DNA of 64,000 nucleotides from Octopus sinensis (lineage: Eukaryota), in NCBI RefSeq assembly GCF_006345805.1, contig NW_021832011.1, forward strand, positions 13,089 to 77,088, written 5' to 3'. A program made the position numbers and the translations under genes. This document shows positions 39,400 through 52,694 of this stretch, piece by piece. The first letter of the stretch is position 1. The number at the start of each line of letters is the position of its first letter. The notes beneath the pieces were generated by a model. It ran no database searches. It was not told where the DNA came from and worked only from the letters and a program-made list of their open reading frames with translations.

Positions 39400-41910
39400 G
39401 GTGATATCATCGATATGGTCTAGAGCAAATAAAGACAAATTTATCAAGATATGAGGATATCACTGGTAATCAGGGTGATATTGTTATTGGCATGGACTAG
39501 AGTAAATAGAGACATTATCAAGATATATGAGGATATTGCCACTGAGAGACAGAGTGATATCATTATTGACATGGAAAAGAATGAGAAATAACAATATCAA
39601 GATATAAAAGATGTCAATACAGTGATACTAAATTTGGTATGGGCAATAATGAGAATAACAATAACAAAGAGGAATGTAACACCAAAATGGTGTAGTGATA
39701 TCTTTATTGATATGGAAAAGAGTGAGAAAAACAATATTAATAAAGGATGTGAACAGATATCAACATCAACAGTCATGGAAATATTGTTATCAATATGAAC
39801 AAGAGTGAAGATAATGATACGAAGATATGAGAATATCATGGCTTGACTGTGTGACAACATTATTATAACTATAGGCAATAATGAGAAATAGTAATATTGT
39901 GATATCAATGAAGATATTGATGCTAACATGTATGGCGATATCATTATTATAGTACACAAGTGTAAAAATAATGATATCAATAATAAATGTAAATACTAGT
40001 GATAGGGTGATATTGTTATCAGTATAGAATAATGTGAGGATAAGAATAATAAGATATGAGGATATTGTCATCAGCAAGCATGGCAATATCATTATAGACC
40101 TGGAACAGATGTAATATCAACAGATATATATGAGGATATTGTCATGAGTAAGCATAATAATATTACTTTAGATATGGACTTGAAAAATGATATCAACATG
40201 TATTTAAGGATATCACCATAATATCAGCATATAAGAGTTTATCACTGCCAAACAGACATAGTTACATCATTATAGGTATGGATTATAGTGAGATATAAGA
40301 ATATCAGCATATATGTGTATCATCACTAGCAAATATAATATCTTTATGGACTAGAGTGAGATGAGATAATATCAAGAGGATGTCATTACAAGTAGGTATC
40401 ACAACATCACTTTAGATAATGCGAAATAAGAATATCAACATATATAAGTATATGAGATATAACATATATAAGGATATCATCTTTAGCAAGCATTCTGATA
40501 TCATTGTAGATATGGAAAACAGTGAGATTTATTTAAATCAGTATTGGAGTTTATTATCACCAGCAAGCATGATGATATCTTTATAAATTCAGACCAGGGC
40601 AAGAAATATATCAACATTGAGGATATTATCATCACCAAACATACTAATATCATTACAGATATGGACTACGGTGAGATATATAATATCAACATATGAGGAT
40701 AGTCACCATCAAGTATATCTTTAAAAATTTGGTCTAGGGTGGGATATAATAATATCAACATGTTCATGAGGATATCATAACTAGTAAGTATGCCAATATC
40801 ATTATAAATATGAACTAGCATGAGAAATGATAGTGACATATGTATGAGGATATCATTACAAGCAAGCCTAATGATATCATTATAGGATAAAATATGATAT
40901 CAATATATATATATATTTATATAAGGATATTGTCACCAGCAGGCATGGTGATATGTTTATAGATATGACTAGGTGATACTAATTTCAAATTTTGGTACAA
41001 GGCCAGCAATTTCGGTGGGGGGGGCAGTAAATTGATTACATAGACCCCAGTATGTAACTGGTACTTGTTTTATCAACACTGGAAGAATGAAATACATTCT
41101 TGGCCAGTGTGATAACGATTCTGCCAGCTTGCCACCCTGGTGATAGATAAGGATATTAACATGTAATTAAGGATATCATCACTTGTAAGTATGACAATAT
41201 CACTTTGAATATGAAGTGGAGTGAGATATAATTGTATCAACATATATACGATGACGCCATCACCAGCAGGTGTGATATCATGAGAAGTATGGACAAGAGT
41301 GAGATATAATAATAATATCAACATATAAGGATATCTTCACTAGCAATCATGATGACATCATTTTAGAAATGGATTATGGAGAGAAATAAGAATATTAACA
41401 TAGATACAAGGATATCATCACAAACAAGCTTGATAATATCATTATGGACAGATGTGGACAAAAGTGAGAATAACGATATCAAGGTATGTGAAAGTGTATA
41501 TCAACACCAGCAGGCATGGTGATATCAATTTCGATAAGGACAACAGTGAAAATAACAATACCAAAATATGAATGAAGATATCGCCATGGACAGGCATGGC
41601 AATATCATTATAGTTATGAAGTAGAGTGAGAGAAACAATATCAATGATGAATGTGAAAAACATTATCAAGACCAGCAGGCATGGCGATATAGTTTATCGA
41701 ATGGAAGAGAGTGGGGGGGACAATATCAAGATATAAACAGTGATATTGTCGCGGGCAGGCATGGCAATATCAAATTTGATATAGATGAGAGTGAAGAATG
41801 ACAATATGAACAAAGTGTGTGTGAAGAGGATACCGACACTGGCAGGCATAGTGATATCTTTATCGATATGGACAAGAGTGAGAAAAACAATATCAAGATA
41901 GACAGAGTGA
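39400..41910. repeat. Old degenerate satellite, ~70-80-bp unit, interrupted by a SINE-like fragment at ~40975-41140
   Basis: Recurring gaggatatcatcac.agcaagcatg.tgatatcattatagatatggac.agagtgaga.ataataatatcaacat. Confidence 0.75.
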
Positions 41911-41966
41911 CCGTATATACACAACCATATATGCATGAGTGTGTGTGTTTGTATATGTGTGAGTTG

Positions 41967-42059
<93 letters not shown>

Positions 42060-42124
42060 AAAATATATATATACAAATATATATATATAAATATATATAT
42101 ACAAATATATATATATAAATATAT

Positions 42125-42169
<45 letters not shown>

Positions 42170-42732
42170 ATATATGTACACATATATATATACACGTGAT
42201 ATACAGAATATGTGCACTGGAGTTGAGAGACATTCCGAGTGAAACAAACCTCCATGTGGTTAATGTAGTTGCCGTTGGTGTAGACAGCATTTTTGTTGCA
42301 TACCATCATGAGGGGAGGCGACACCTGGTGGTTAGTGTAACCAACGGAAAGTTTATTACAGGTGATATATGACAAAGCTTACATAAATTTTTTTTTTTTT
42401 AGGTGAGTGTAGCAATATGATATAGTTATATAGATATACATCCATTTGGTTATATACATATATATAAAGGATTTAGTTAAATAAACATAGTACATATGTT
42501 TCAATAATGGATGTATAAGGGTTATACAACAAATATCCATTATTTGCTAAGCAATTGAAATTTAGATAAATATTGAAAATGAAGGGAAAATATAGTAATG
42601 ATATTACACATGGAAGAATAGATACCATACAGCTGAGGATTAAAAATAATTAAACAAAAAATAGTTATGGGTACTGCTTGGGTATCAAAACACTTTGATA
42701 AATCTTCCCATTGAAATTTATAGTATATATTA

Positions 42733-43284
42733 CTAGCAGTATCACCCGGCATTGCTTGGGTTTGTTTCGACCCTTTAGAAATGGAATTTTTTGAAAGTAA
42801 AAATTTTGCATTATAAAGTTTGTTATTCTCTTTAAGTGAACATTTTTCTGGTTGAAATACACCGAAAAATGGTGACACAGCAGTCAAAAAATCGTAAAAA
42901 ATAGGGATTTTCATAGGTAAAAAACACCTTTTTGATGTAAATAATTTTTGGTGTTAACATGGTCCGATTTGATTTTTTTCTTCTACGGAAGGAAGAGCAA
43001 GCCTTAAGTGGACATTTTTCTGGTTGAAATACACCGAGAAATGGCGACACAGCAGTCAAAAAATAGGGATTTTCATAGAATAAAAAAACCACCTTTTTGA
43101 TGTAAATAATTTTTGGTGTTATCATGGTCCGATTTGAAATTTTCTTCTATAGAAGGAAGAGCAAGCCTTCTCCTATCATACACTCAATTTTGGTCAACTT
43201 GCGCCGCAGGGTCTCGGAGGAGATAGTGTTAGTTTAAGGCTACCAAACCTGCCACAGACAGACAACTTCAGCTTTACATGTAGA
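42733..43284 (-). mobile_element. Non-autonomous Helitron, related family, with an internal ~170-bp duplication
   Basis: Minus strand starts TCTACATGTAAAGCTGAAGTTGTCTG and ends caagcaatgccgggtgatactgCTAG followed by T. Confidence 0.75.
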
Positions 43285-43296
43285 TATATATGTGTG

Positions 43297-43349
<53 letters not shown>

Positions 43350-43785
43350 CGTGTATACATGATAGACTTCTTTCAGTTTCTGTCTACCAAATCCACTCAC
43401 AAGGCTTTGGTCGGCCTGAGGCTATAGTAAAAGACATTTGCCTAAGGTGCCACGCAGTAGGACTGAACCTGGAACCATGTGGCTGGTAAGCAATATATAT
43501 ATATATATATATATATATACGATGGGCTTCTTTCAGTTTCCGTCTACCAAATCCACTCACAAGGATTTGGTCGGCCCAAGACTATAGTAGAAGACATTTT
43601 CCCAAGGTGCCACGCATTCGGATTGAACCCAGAACCATGTGGTGTGTAAGCAACTTTTTTACCTGCGCTTGTTTTTGTGGAACCCCGAACCCCATAAAAT
43701 ATCAAAAATGAATAAAAAACTTGATGTTTTTAATATAAAATTTTTAAAAATAAAAACAAAAATTAGGGACCCGAATCGAGCTTAC

Positions 43786-44007
43786 CTTTGTGTTTATGTC
43801 AACCCCAGCGTCAAGGAGCAACTTAACCACTTGTTTGTGTCCATTTCGTGCAGCCAGGTGCAGTGGGAACTTGTCGAGGTGCACGCGATGCGTCAGCTCA
43901 GGGTGGCTGCACAACAACAGTTGCACAGTTTCCACGCGACCATACTGTGCAGCGAGGTCCAGGGGTGACTCTTCGCGCAGGTTGCGTATACCGGGATCAG
44001 CATGGTT
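43786..44007 (-). CDS. ANKS1: ANKS1-like exon (ankyrin): NHADPGIRNLREESPLDLAAQYGRVETVQLLLCSHPELTHRVHLDKFPLHLAARNGHKQVVKLLLDAGVDINTK
   Basis: Acceptor ttcttttgcag, donor gtaagc, 222 nt, phase 0/0. PLDLAA-YGR and PLHLAARNGHK-VV--LLDAG are ANKS1-type repeats. Confidence 0.95.
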
Positions 44008-45022
44008 CTGCAAAAGAAAGAAAATGAGAGGAAGGTCAAAGGTTGTGTTACTGCCATCGTTGTTGCTGTTGCTGTTGGTGGTGGTGGTCATGTTGGAAGG
44101 GAATGTTCTGGGAGACCCACAGCCACCAGAACTGAGAAAAACATAGTAGAAGAAAATTTGCCCAAGGTGCCATGCAGTAGGACTGAACCTGGAACCATGT
44201 GGTTGGGAAGCAAGCTTCTTACCACACAGCCACTTCTACATATATAATATATATATATTATATGTATATATATATATAATATATATACATGGGCTTCTTT
44301 CAGTCTGTGACGGGAAATCATTGAATCCCCATCCGTGAGTTATCAGAGGATGTACAGATTAGTTACGGTTCATCATCATCATCGTTTAGCGTCTGCCTTC
44401 CATTGCTAGCATGGGTTGGACGGTTCAACTGGAGTCTGGGAAGCCAGGAGGCTGCACCAGGCCCAGTCTGGTCCGGCAGTGTTTCTACAGCTGGATGCCC
44501 TTCCTAACGCCAACCACTCTGTGAGCGTAGTGGGTGCTTTTTATGTGCCACCTGCACAGGTGCCAGACGAGGCTGGCAAACACCCACGATCGGATGGTGT
44601 CTTTTATGTGCCACCTGCACAGGTGCCAGACGAGGCTGGAAAACGGCCACGATCGGATGGTGCTTTTTATGTGCCACCGGCGAGGGGACCAGATGAGGCT
44701 GGTAAAAGGTCATAATCGGATGATGCTTTTTCCATGCCACCGGCAAGGAGGCCAGTCAGGGCGACACTGGCAACAGCCACGTTCAGATGGTTCTCTTTAT
44801 ATGCAACCAGCACTGGTACCACAACTACAAATTCCATTGATGTTGATTGATTTCGATTTCGAGTTCAATTTATTATCACCGAAGATTTGGTATGAGATGC
44901 GAGTCTGCCAAGTTTCTGTCAAAACTGCTTTCAGCTGACCAAAATGACACTCGGGTTTCAGTACCACAAGATCTCCTTGAATGTGTTGTGAATGATGAAG
45001 AACTTTTTGAAAACTTCTCATA

Positions 45023-45193
45023 GGCGCCGGAGTGGCTGTGTGGTAAGTAGCTTGCTTACAAACCACATAGTTCCGGGTTCAGTCCCACTGCGTGGCACCT
45101 TGGGCAAGTGTCTTCTACTGTAGCCTCGGGCCAACCAAAGCCTTGTGAGTGGATTTGGTAGACGGAAACTGAAAGAAGCCCGTCGTATATATG

Positions 45194-45238
<45 letters not shown>

Positions 45239-45450
45239 ATATGTCTGTGTGTCTGTGTTTGTCCCCCTAGCATTGCTTGACAACCGATGCTGGTGTGTTT
45301 ATGTCCCCGTCACTTAGCGGTTCGGCAAAAAGAGACCAATAGAATAAGTACTGGGCTTACAAAAAGAATAAGTCCCGGGGTCGATTTGCTCGACTAAAAG
45401 GCAGTGCTCCAGCATGGCCACAGTCAAATGACTGAAACAAGTAAAAGAGA
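45023..45450 (+). mobile_element. tRNA-derived SINE, dominant family, full length
   Basis: A box tggctgtgtgg, B box ggttcagtccc, internal (TG)n, tail gactgaaacaagtaaaagag. Confidence 0.88.
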
Positions 45451-46478
45451 GAGAAAAAGAATAGGCTTCCGAGCAGGTATCGCCAACCTTTTAGCAAACT
45501 TTGATGCAGATTCTCAGCTCAACTTTCTCTATCCTGGTCAATGCAACGATCACATGCTACACACCTTCCTTCCAAGCATTGCTATAAATAGCGGAAGTGA
45601 GCTAGAATGTTAAAACTTAGTGCGGATGCACAACAGAGTGCAAGGTCAATCCGTGCCAAGCGCCTTCATTCTGCGTGCTTTAGCTTCGTTACTATGGCAA
45701 CAGTCCGGATACTTATTGATTAGACGCGTAAAATACCTTATTAATTTCTCTGAAATTTCTCATTCCACCACCAGTCATCACAAAGCTAGGAAGACGGATA
45801 CCGAAAGAGGAAACTGTACCGTTTAGACATTCATCATCAATGATTTGTGTACTGATTCTTAGTCGTTATTCTCCTGGCCTACCGGATTAGGACTGACCTA
45901 GGGTTAAACAGCAGCAAAAGCAAAGATACAAGCCATCGACCACAGCCAAGATCGAAGACACCCTAAACAAATCTCCTAGAAATAGTCCAATACAGAGTTA
46001 CTTGCCCGTCAAACGTTCTCTGCCATCATGGGAGATAACTCTTCGATATCTTCAACTTTTTATTTGTTTGCCACACGACTGTGGCCATGCTGGAACACCG
46101 CTTCCAAAAATATTTTTTTTTTTAGTTCAACGAATTCACACCCGTCCCTGGTACTTATTCTATCGATCTCTTTGAGTCGAAACGCTTCGTTATAGGCGGT
46201 AGTGGGGGGAAGAGATGGACACATTAGTATAATTATACCTAAAATCTCCAAGAAGTTAAGGAGATAGACAAAGAACAGGCTGTCTTCACTGCAGCATAGA
46301 AACATGTGTCCATCTGTTCAAATTTAATCAAATTCTATGTTTTTTGTGCAGCTGAAGATTGCTCTACATTTAAAATTGATATAATGATTGCCTTGTTCAA
46401 TTAAATGGAGTTGCATGAAACGATTGTACTGCATATGGTAATGGATATCTTTGTCGCTTATTTTGATTATATATATGA

Positions 46479-46517
<39 letters not shown>

Positions 46518-46940
46518 TGTATATATACATACATATATATCTATGCATACATATATATTGTATATATATAATATATACATATACATACATATTATATATA
46601 TATATACATACATATATATATACATACATATATCATCATCATCGTTTGATGATGATGATGATATATGTATGTATATATATATATCATGTATATATATATA
46701 TATGTGTGTATATATATATATATATACATACATATATGTATATATACATACATATATATCTATACATACATATATATGTGTATATATATATATACATACA
46801 TACATATATATACATACATACATATATATACATACATGCATATATATACAAACATACATATATATATATATATACATACATATATATATATATACATACA
46901 CATAAAGATATATATACATATATATATATATATTTATATA

Positions 46941-46992
<52 letters not shown>

Positions 46993-47344
46993 CGAAGAGC
47001 TTCTTTCAGTTTCCATCTACCAAATCCAATGACAAGGCGTTGGTCAGCCCGATGTTATACTAGAAGACACTTGCACAATGTGCCATACAGTGGGACTGAA
47101 CCTGGAACCATGTGGTTCGTAAGCAAGCCACACCAGGCACCAACTTAGATTTTGCAAAAATGAAGTTAAATAAACACACACACACGAGTTCCACCCACAT
47201 ACCTGCATCAGACAAGATTTTGTATTAGAAATAAAATTTCGTTTTACCAAACCTAGTTTCTGTGATTCGTTTACAGAGTTGCCTCCCATGACATCTATAA
47301 AGGGAGGTAATTCCGAAAGGGACTTGATCACGTTATAGCTTATT

Positions 47345-47487
47345 CTTTTGCACTCCCGAGGCATTTGACTGCGGCCATTCTGCAGCACCGCCTTTAGTTG
47401 AACAAATCGACACTCAGGACTTATTCCTTGTGATCCCAGCACTTGTTTTAATCGGTCTCTTCCCGCCGACACCGCTAAGTTACCGAG

Positions 47488-47540
<53 letters not shown>

Positions 47541-47583
47541 TATATATCATACATATATGTATGTATATATGTATATATATATG

Positions 47584-47616
<33 letters not shown>

Positions 47617-47770
47617 GATAGGCTTCTTTCAGTTTTCGTCTACCAAATCCACTCACAAGGCTATGGTCGGCCCGGGACTATAGTAGCAGACACTTGCCCA
47701 TGGTGCCACGCAGTTGGAATGAACCCGGAACGATGAGATTGGGAAACATGCTACTTACCACACAGCCACT
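47345..47770 (-). mobile_element. tRNA-derived SINE, dominant family
   Basis: Reverse-complement homology to 45023-45450. Confidence 0.8.
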
Positions 47771-48347
47771 CATGATATATATATATATCATCATCATCAT
47801 CATCATTATTTAACGTCCGTTTTCCATGCTAGCATGGGTTGGATGTTTCGACTGGGGTCTGGGAAGCCAGAAGGCTGCACCAGGCTCCAGTCTGATCTGG
47901 CAGTGTTTCTACAGCTGGATGCCCTTCCTAACGCCAACCACTCCGATAGTGTAGTGGATGCTTTTTACGTGCCACCGGCACAAGGAGCCACAGCTGACAT
48001 CGACCACAATCGGATGGTGCATTTTACATGCCACTGGCACGGAAGCCAGTCAAAACGACATTGGCATTGGCCATGTTCGGAGGGTGCTTTTTTCATGTTC
48101 TACTGGCATGGGGCTCACAACTACAATTTCCATTTGGTCAAAAGGATGTGTTATAATACTATTCTACATACACACAAACAGCCATACCAACAATCCTCCA
48201 TCATCAGCTGCCCCACACGGATTTCATTATGGTTTTGACACCGGGGCAGGACCATTCAATCTGGTGGTGTGAACAGCACTAAAAGAAGGGTTGTTTGGGA
48301 ACAAACATACCAAACAAAACCACAACTTTCAAACACATTTACTCTAT

Positions 48348-48720
48348 AATGTGGAAGTCCCAGGAAAGGGAAGAATGCTACTGCTGTTTAGCTCCAAGAA
48401 ACACTGTTTCTAGTTGGCTGTTTGACACAAGCAGTCTGTGTCCTTAACTTTTCAAACAGGGGAGATAAACACGTCCACCCAACAAAGCCCGCACCCAGAG
48501 ACTAGTTCCAGGGTAGTTTCAGGCCAAGCTACTCCAGATAATGAAGGGCAACTACCCTGAAACTAGTCTCTGGGTGCAGGCTTTGTTGGGTAGAGGTGTT
48601 TATCTCTCCTGTTTGAAAACTTAAGGACACGGAACGCTTGTGTCACACAGCCAACTAGAAATGGTGTTTCTCGGGGCTAAATAGCAGTAGCAGTCTTCCC
48701 TTTCCTGGGACTTCCACATT
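48348..48720 (+). mobile_element. Fold-back PLE-derived element with ~170-bp inverted arms and a degenerate hammerhead at 48534-48573
   Basis: Arms at 48348-48518 and 48550-48720. Centre reads ccaga-TAATGA-AGGG caacta CCCT-GAAA-CTAG-TC-tctgg. Confidence 0.7.
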
Positions 48721-49087
48721 AAGTTGGCAACGAGCCATTACTTCAACATGCTTCTACTGCATAATTCTCTCTGATATTTACCCTATGGACAACAGGAACT
48801 GCAAATAAATTCAACAAGAAAATCTGTAACCAACTCCTAAATATATATAACTAAACACCGACCAAACCTTTAAGTCATGTATATATATATATATAGGAGT
48901 GGCTGTGTGGTAAGTAGCTTGCTTACCAACCACATAGTTCCGGGTTCAGCCCCACTGCGTAGCACCTTGGACAAGTGTCTTCTACTATAGCCTCAGGCTG
49001 ACCAAAGCCTTGTGAGTGGATTTGGTAGACGGAAGCTGAAAGAAGCCCGTCGTATATATGTTTATATATATATGCATATGTGTGTAT

Positions 49088-49120
<33 letters not shown>

Positions 49121-49475
49121 GCGCCGCCTCAACTGGCTTCTGTGCCGGTGGTACATAAAAAGCACCATCCAAACGTGGCCGATGCCAGCCTCATCTGGCA
49201 CCAGTGCAGGTGGCACGTAAAAAGCACCCACCACACTCGCGGAGTGGTTGGCGTTAGGAAGGGCATCCAGATGTAGAAACACTGCCAGATAAGACTGGGC
49301 CTGGTGCTGCCCTCTGGCTTTCCAGACCCCAGTTGAACCGTGCAACCCATGCTAGCATGGAAAACAGACGTTAAACGATGATGATGATGCATATGTGTGT
49401 GTATATATATATATATATATACATACACACACACTCACACTTAGATATATATATATACTGGAGTAAACACATAAA

Positions 49476-49840
49476 TCTCTCTATATATAAACGGCAGTTT
49501 GTCTGTGTGTGTTCTGTGTGTCTGTCAGGTTGTACCCTCACCCTGACCACGGCTTTCAACCGATTCTGATGAAACTTGACACACACATAGCCCAATGTCA
49601 TAATTCAAAACTAACGCCACGAAAATTTTGAAAAGTTCCCCCAGTTCTGAAAAAAAATCAATAATTCGATATGGGGGTCGAGAATCAGAAACACGAACAC
49701 ACAAACTGTCTAGGGGCGCAACTCCACCTTTTTACCATCATTTTTTTTTTTTTTTTTGTATTATTTTTGGCTTAACTCTCTAAAGATGCTTTATAGTTAT
49801 TTCCCTTACAAACCTGAGCAACGCCGGGCGATACTGCTAG
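49476..49840 (+). mobile_element. Non-autonomous Helitron
   Basis: Starts TC, ends CTAG after a GC-rich subterminal motif. Inserted between A49475 and T49841 with no target-site duplication. Confidence 0.85.
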
Positions 49841-49892
49841 TGTAAAATAAGGTGGAAAAAAGAGTACTCAAATACCAAAGGTAGAGTAATGT

Positions 49893-50052
49893 GCTTTATT
49901 TAAAAGCAGCAGAAATTATACAAAAAGCTGTTAACTCTGGTTTTCACGTTCCAGTTTGTCGGACGAATTTGTTAAAACGGAACTGTACGAAGAACGGGAA
50001 CGTGAAACTCTGAGTAACAGCTTTTGTTAAATTCTGCTGCTTTTAATAAAAC
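49893..50052 (+). mobile_element. Fold-back PLE-derived element with a hammerhead motif at 49983-50020
   Basis: ctgt-ACGAAGA-ACG ggaa CGT-GAAA-CTC t GAG-T-A-acag. Arms tttatttaaaagcagcagaa / ttctgctgcttttaataaa. Confidence 0.65.
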
Positions 50053-50136
50053 AATATATAATATGGGTGTATATATATATATAATACACACACACACACA
50101 AAGTGTATACACATCATATATATAATATATAATATA

Positions 50137-50555
50137 GGCGCAGGAGTGGCTGTGTGGTAAGTAGCTTGCTAACCAACCTCATGGTTCCGGGTTCAGTCCT
50201 ACTGCGTGGCACCTTGGGCAAGTGTCTTCTGCCATAGCCCCGGGCCGAACAATGCCTTGTGAGTGGATTTGGTAGACGGAAACTGAAAGAAGCCTGTCGT
50301 ATATATATGTATTTATATATATATATATATATGTATGTGCGTGTGTTTGTGTGTGTGTGTCTATGTTTGTCCCCCTAGCATTGCTTGACAACCGATGCTG
50401 GTGTGTTTACGTCCCCGCCACTTAGCGGTTCGGCAAAAAGAGACCGATAGAATAAGTACTGGGCTTACAAAGAATAAGTCCCGGGGTCGATTTGCTCGAC
50501 TAAAGGCGGTGCTCCAGCATGGCCGCAGTCAAATGACTGAAACAAGTAAAAGAGT
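50137..50555 (+). mobile_element. tRNA-derived SINE, dominant family, full length
   Basis: Homologous to 45023-45450. Confidence 0.88.
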
Positions 50556-52663
50556 ATACAAATTTCCACACGGAAGCACGTAACTTCAAACGTGTCTTCT
50601 CTGATGTGAATTTGCTACCCAGGTATCGGTTAACCGAATTATCCATAACAAGATAATTCATTCAACTACTCAAATTTATATATATATATATACACATATA
50701 AATAAATGCACACCTGTCTTTGAGTACCTATATCCATTTGTTTGTGCTTATGTGTGTGTGTGTGTGCTTAAACATACACAAGTAATACACCTGTCTGTGT
50801 GTATTTCTGCATGTGCTATATATGTATGCGTGTGTGTTCATGTGCGCATACACATATGTATGTATGTATGTATGTGTGTATGTATGTAGTATGTATGTTG
50901 GGTGTGTGTGTGTGTATGTGTGATGTGTGTAGTATGTTTGTTATGTAGTATGTAGTGTATGTGTGTGTGTGTGTAGTATGTATGTGTGTATGTGTGTGTA
51001 TGTATGTCTGTATGTATGTAGTATGTTTGTATGTATGTATGTATGTATTGTATGTGTTGTGTGTATGTATGTATGTGTGTAGTATGTATGTATGTATGTG
51101 GTGTGTGTGTGTATGTAGTATGTGTGTATGATGTAGGTTGTATGTGTGTATGTATGTATGTATGTATGTATGTGTGTATGTGTGTATGTTATGTATTTTG
51201 TATGTATGTATGTAGTATGTTTGTATGTTGTATGTGTGTTTATTATGTATGTGTATGTATGTATGTGTGTATTATGTATGATGTATGTATGTATATATGT
51301 ATGTATGTATGATGTATGTGTGTGTGTGCATGTATGTATGTGTGTACAATGTGTGTATGTGTGTATGTATGTATGTGTGTATGTATGTATGTATGTGTGT
51401 ATGTATGTGTGTATGTGTGTATGTATGTATGTATGTGTGTATGTACTGTGTGTATGTATGTATGTATGTATGTATGTGTGTATGTGTGTATGTGTGTACG
51501 TATGTATGTATGTATGTGTGTATGTATGTATGCATGCATGTATGTGTATGTGTGCATGTATGGATGTATCTACCTGTGTCTGTGTGTGCGCGTAAAGTGC
51601 ACACCGCAATCTGCTGCAGATGCTAATGCAACATATCAAATGCAGAAAAAGCCAGCGAAAGACAGCGGCGGAGGACGAAGGTGGTGGCGGCGGCGCGGGG
51701 GGTAGAGGTTGCGGTGGTGGTGGAGGCAGTAGTAAGAAGCAAACAGTGGGTGGGAAGGAGGAGGAGGAGGAGGAGGAGGAGAGAGAGAACAAACGCAGTG
51801 ATGCGTTATTGTTTAACGCATCATGTAGGTCAAATGGGGGTGGGGGGAGTGGGGGGAGTGGGTTTTAAGTAAGGCAGGTGCAGTGTGTGGGAGGGTGGGT
51901 AGGTGGGGGAGGTCTCGTATGTTGACGAGTGTGTGTGTGTGTGTGTGTGCGATGGTTGGGTTTGGAGGGAGGAGAAGTGTGTGGTGAGGGTGAAAGGAAA
52001 GAAATCAATAGAAAGAAAAAAGAGAGACAGAGAGAGAGGGGAAGAGAGAGAGTGAAGAGAAGAGACAGAGAGAGAGAAAAGAGAAGAGAGAGAGGAAGAA
52101 AGAAAGAGAGAGAAGAGAAGAGGAAAGAGAGAGGAAGAGAGAGAGAGAAGAGATAGAGAGAGAGAGGAAGAGAGAGAGAGAAGAAAAGAGACAGAGAAAA
52201 GAGACAGAGAGAGAGGAAGAGAGAGAGAGAGAAAAGACAGAGAGAGAGAGGAAAAGAGAGAGAGAAGAGACAGAGAGAGAGGAAGAGAGAGAGAGAGAAA
52301 AGACAGAGAGAGAGAGGAAAAGAGAGAGATAGAGAGAGAGAGAGACCTACTGCTGTTATGCGCACGTGCATACGTGTATTCTCATGTGCGTGTGTGTTTT
52401 GGCGTAAGCTAATGTGTGTATGTATGTGTGCATGTGTGTAAGCATGTATGTATGCATATATATGCGTGTGTGTATGTATATGTGTGTATGTACATGTGTA
52501 TGTATGCATATATGTATAAATGTGTGTGTGTGTGTATTGCATGTGTATATGTATGTGTGCATGCAAGTATGTATGTGTGTGTGTGTGTATGGGTGCGTGC
52601 ACGAATGTGTGTGTAAATATCTGCTTATGTGTGTGTGTGTGTGTGTCTGCTTCTGTGTATGCA

Positions 52664-52694
<31 letters not shown>

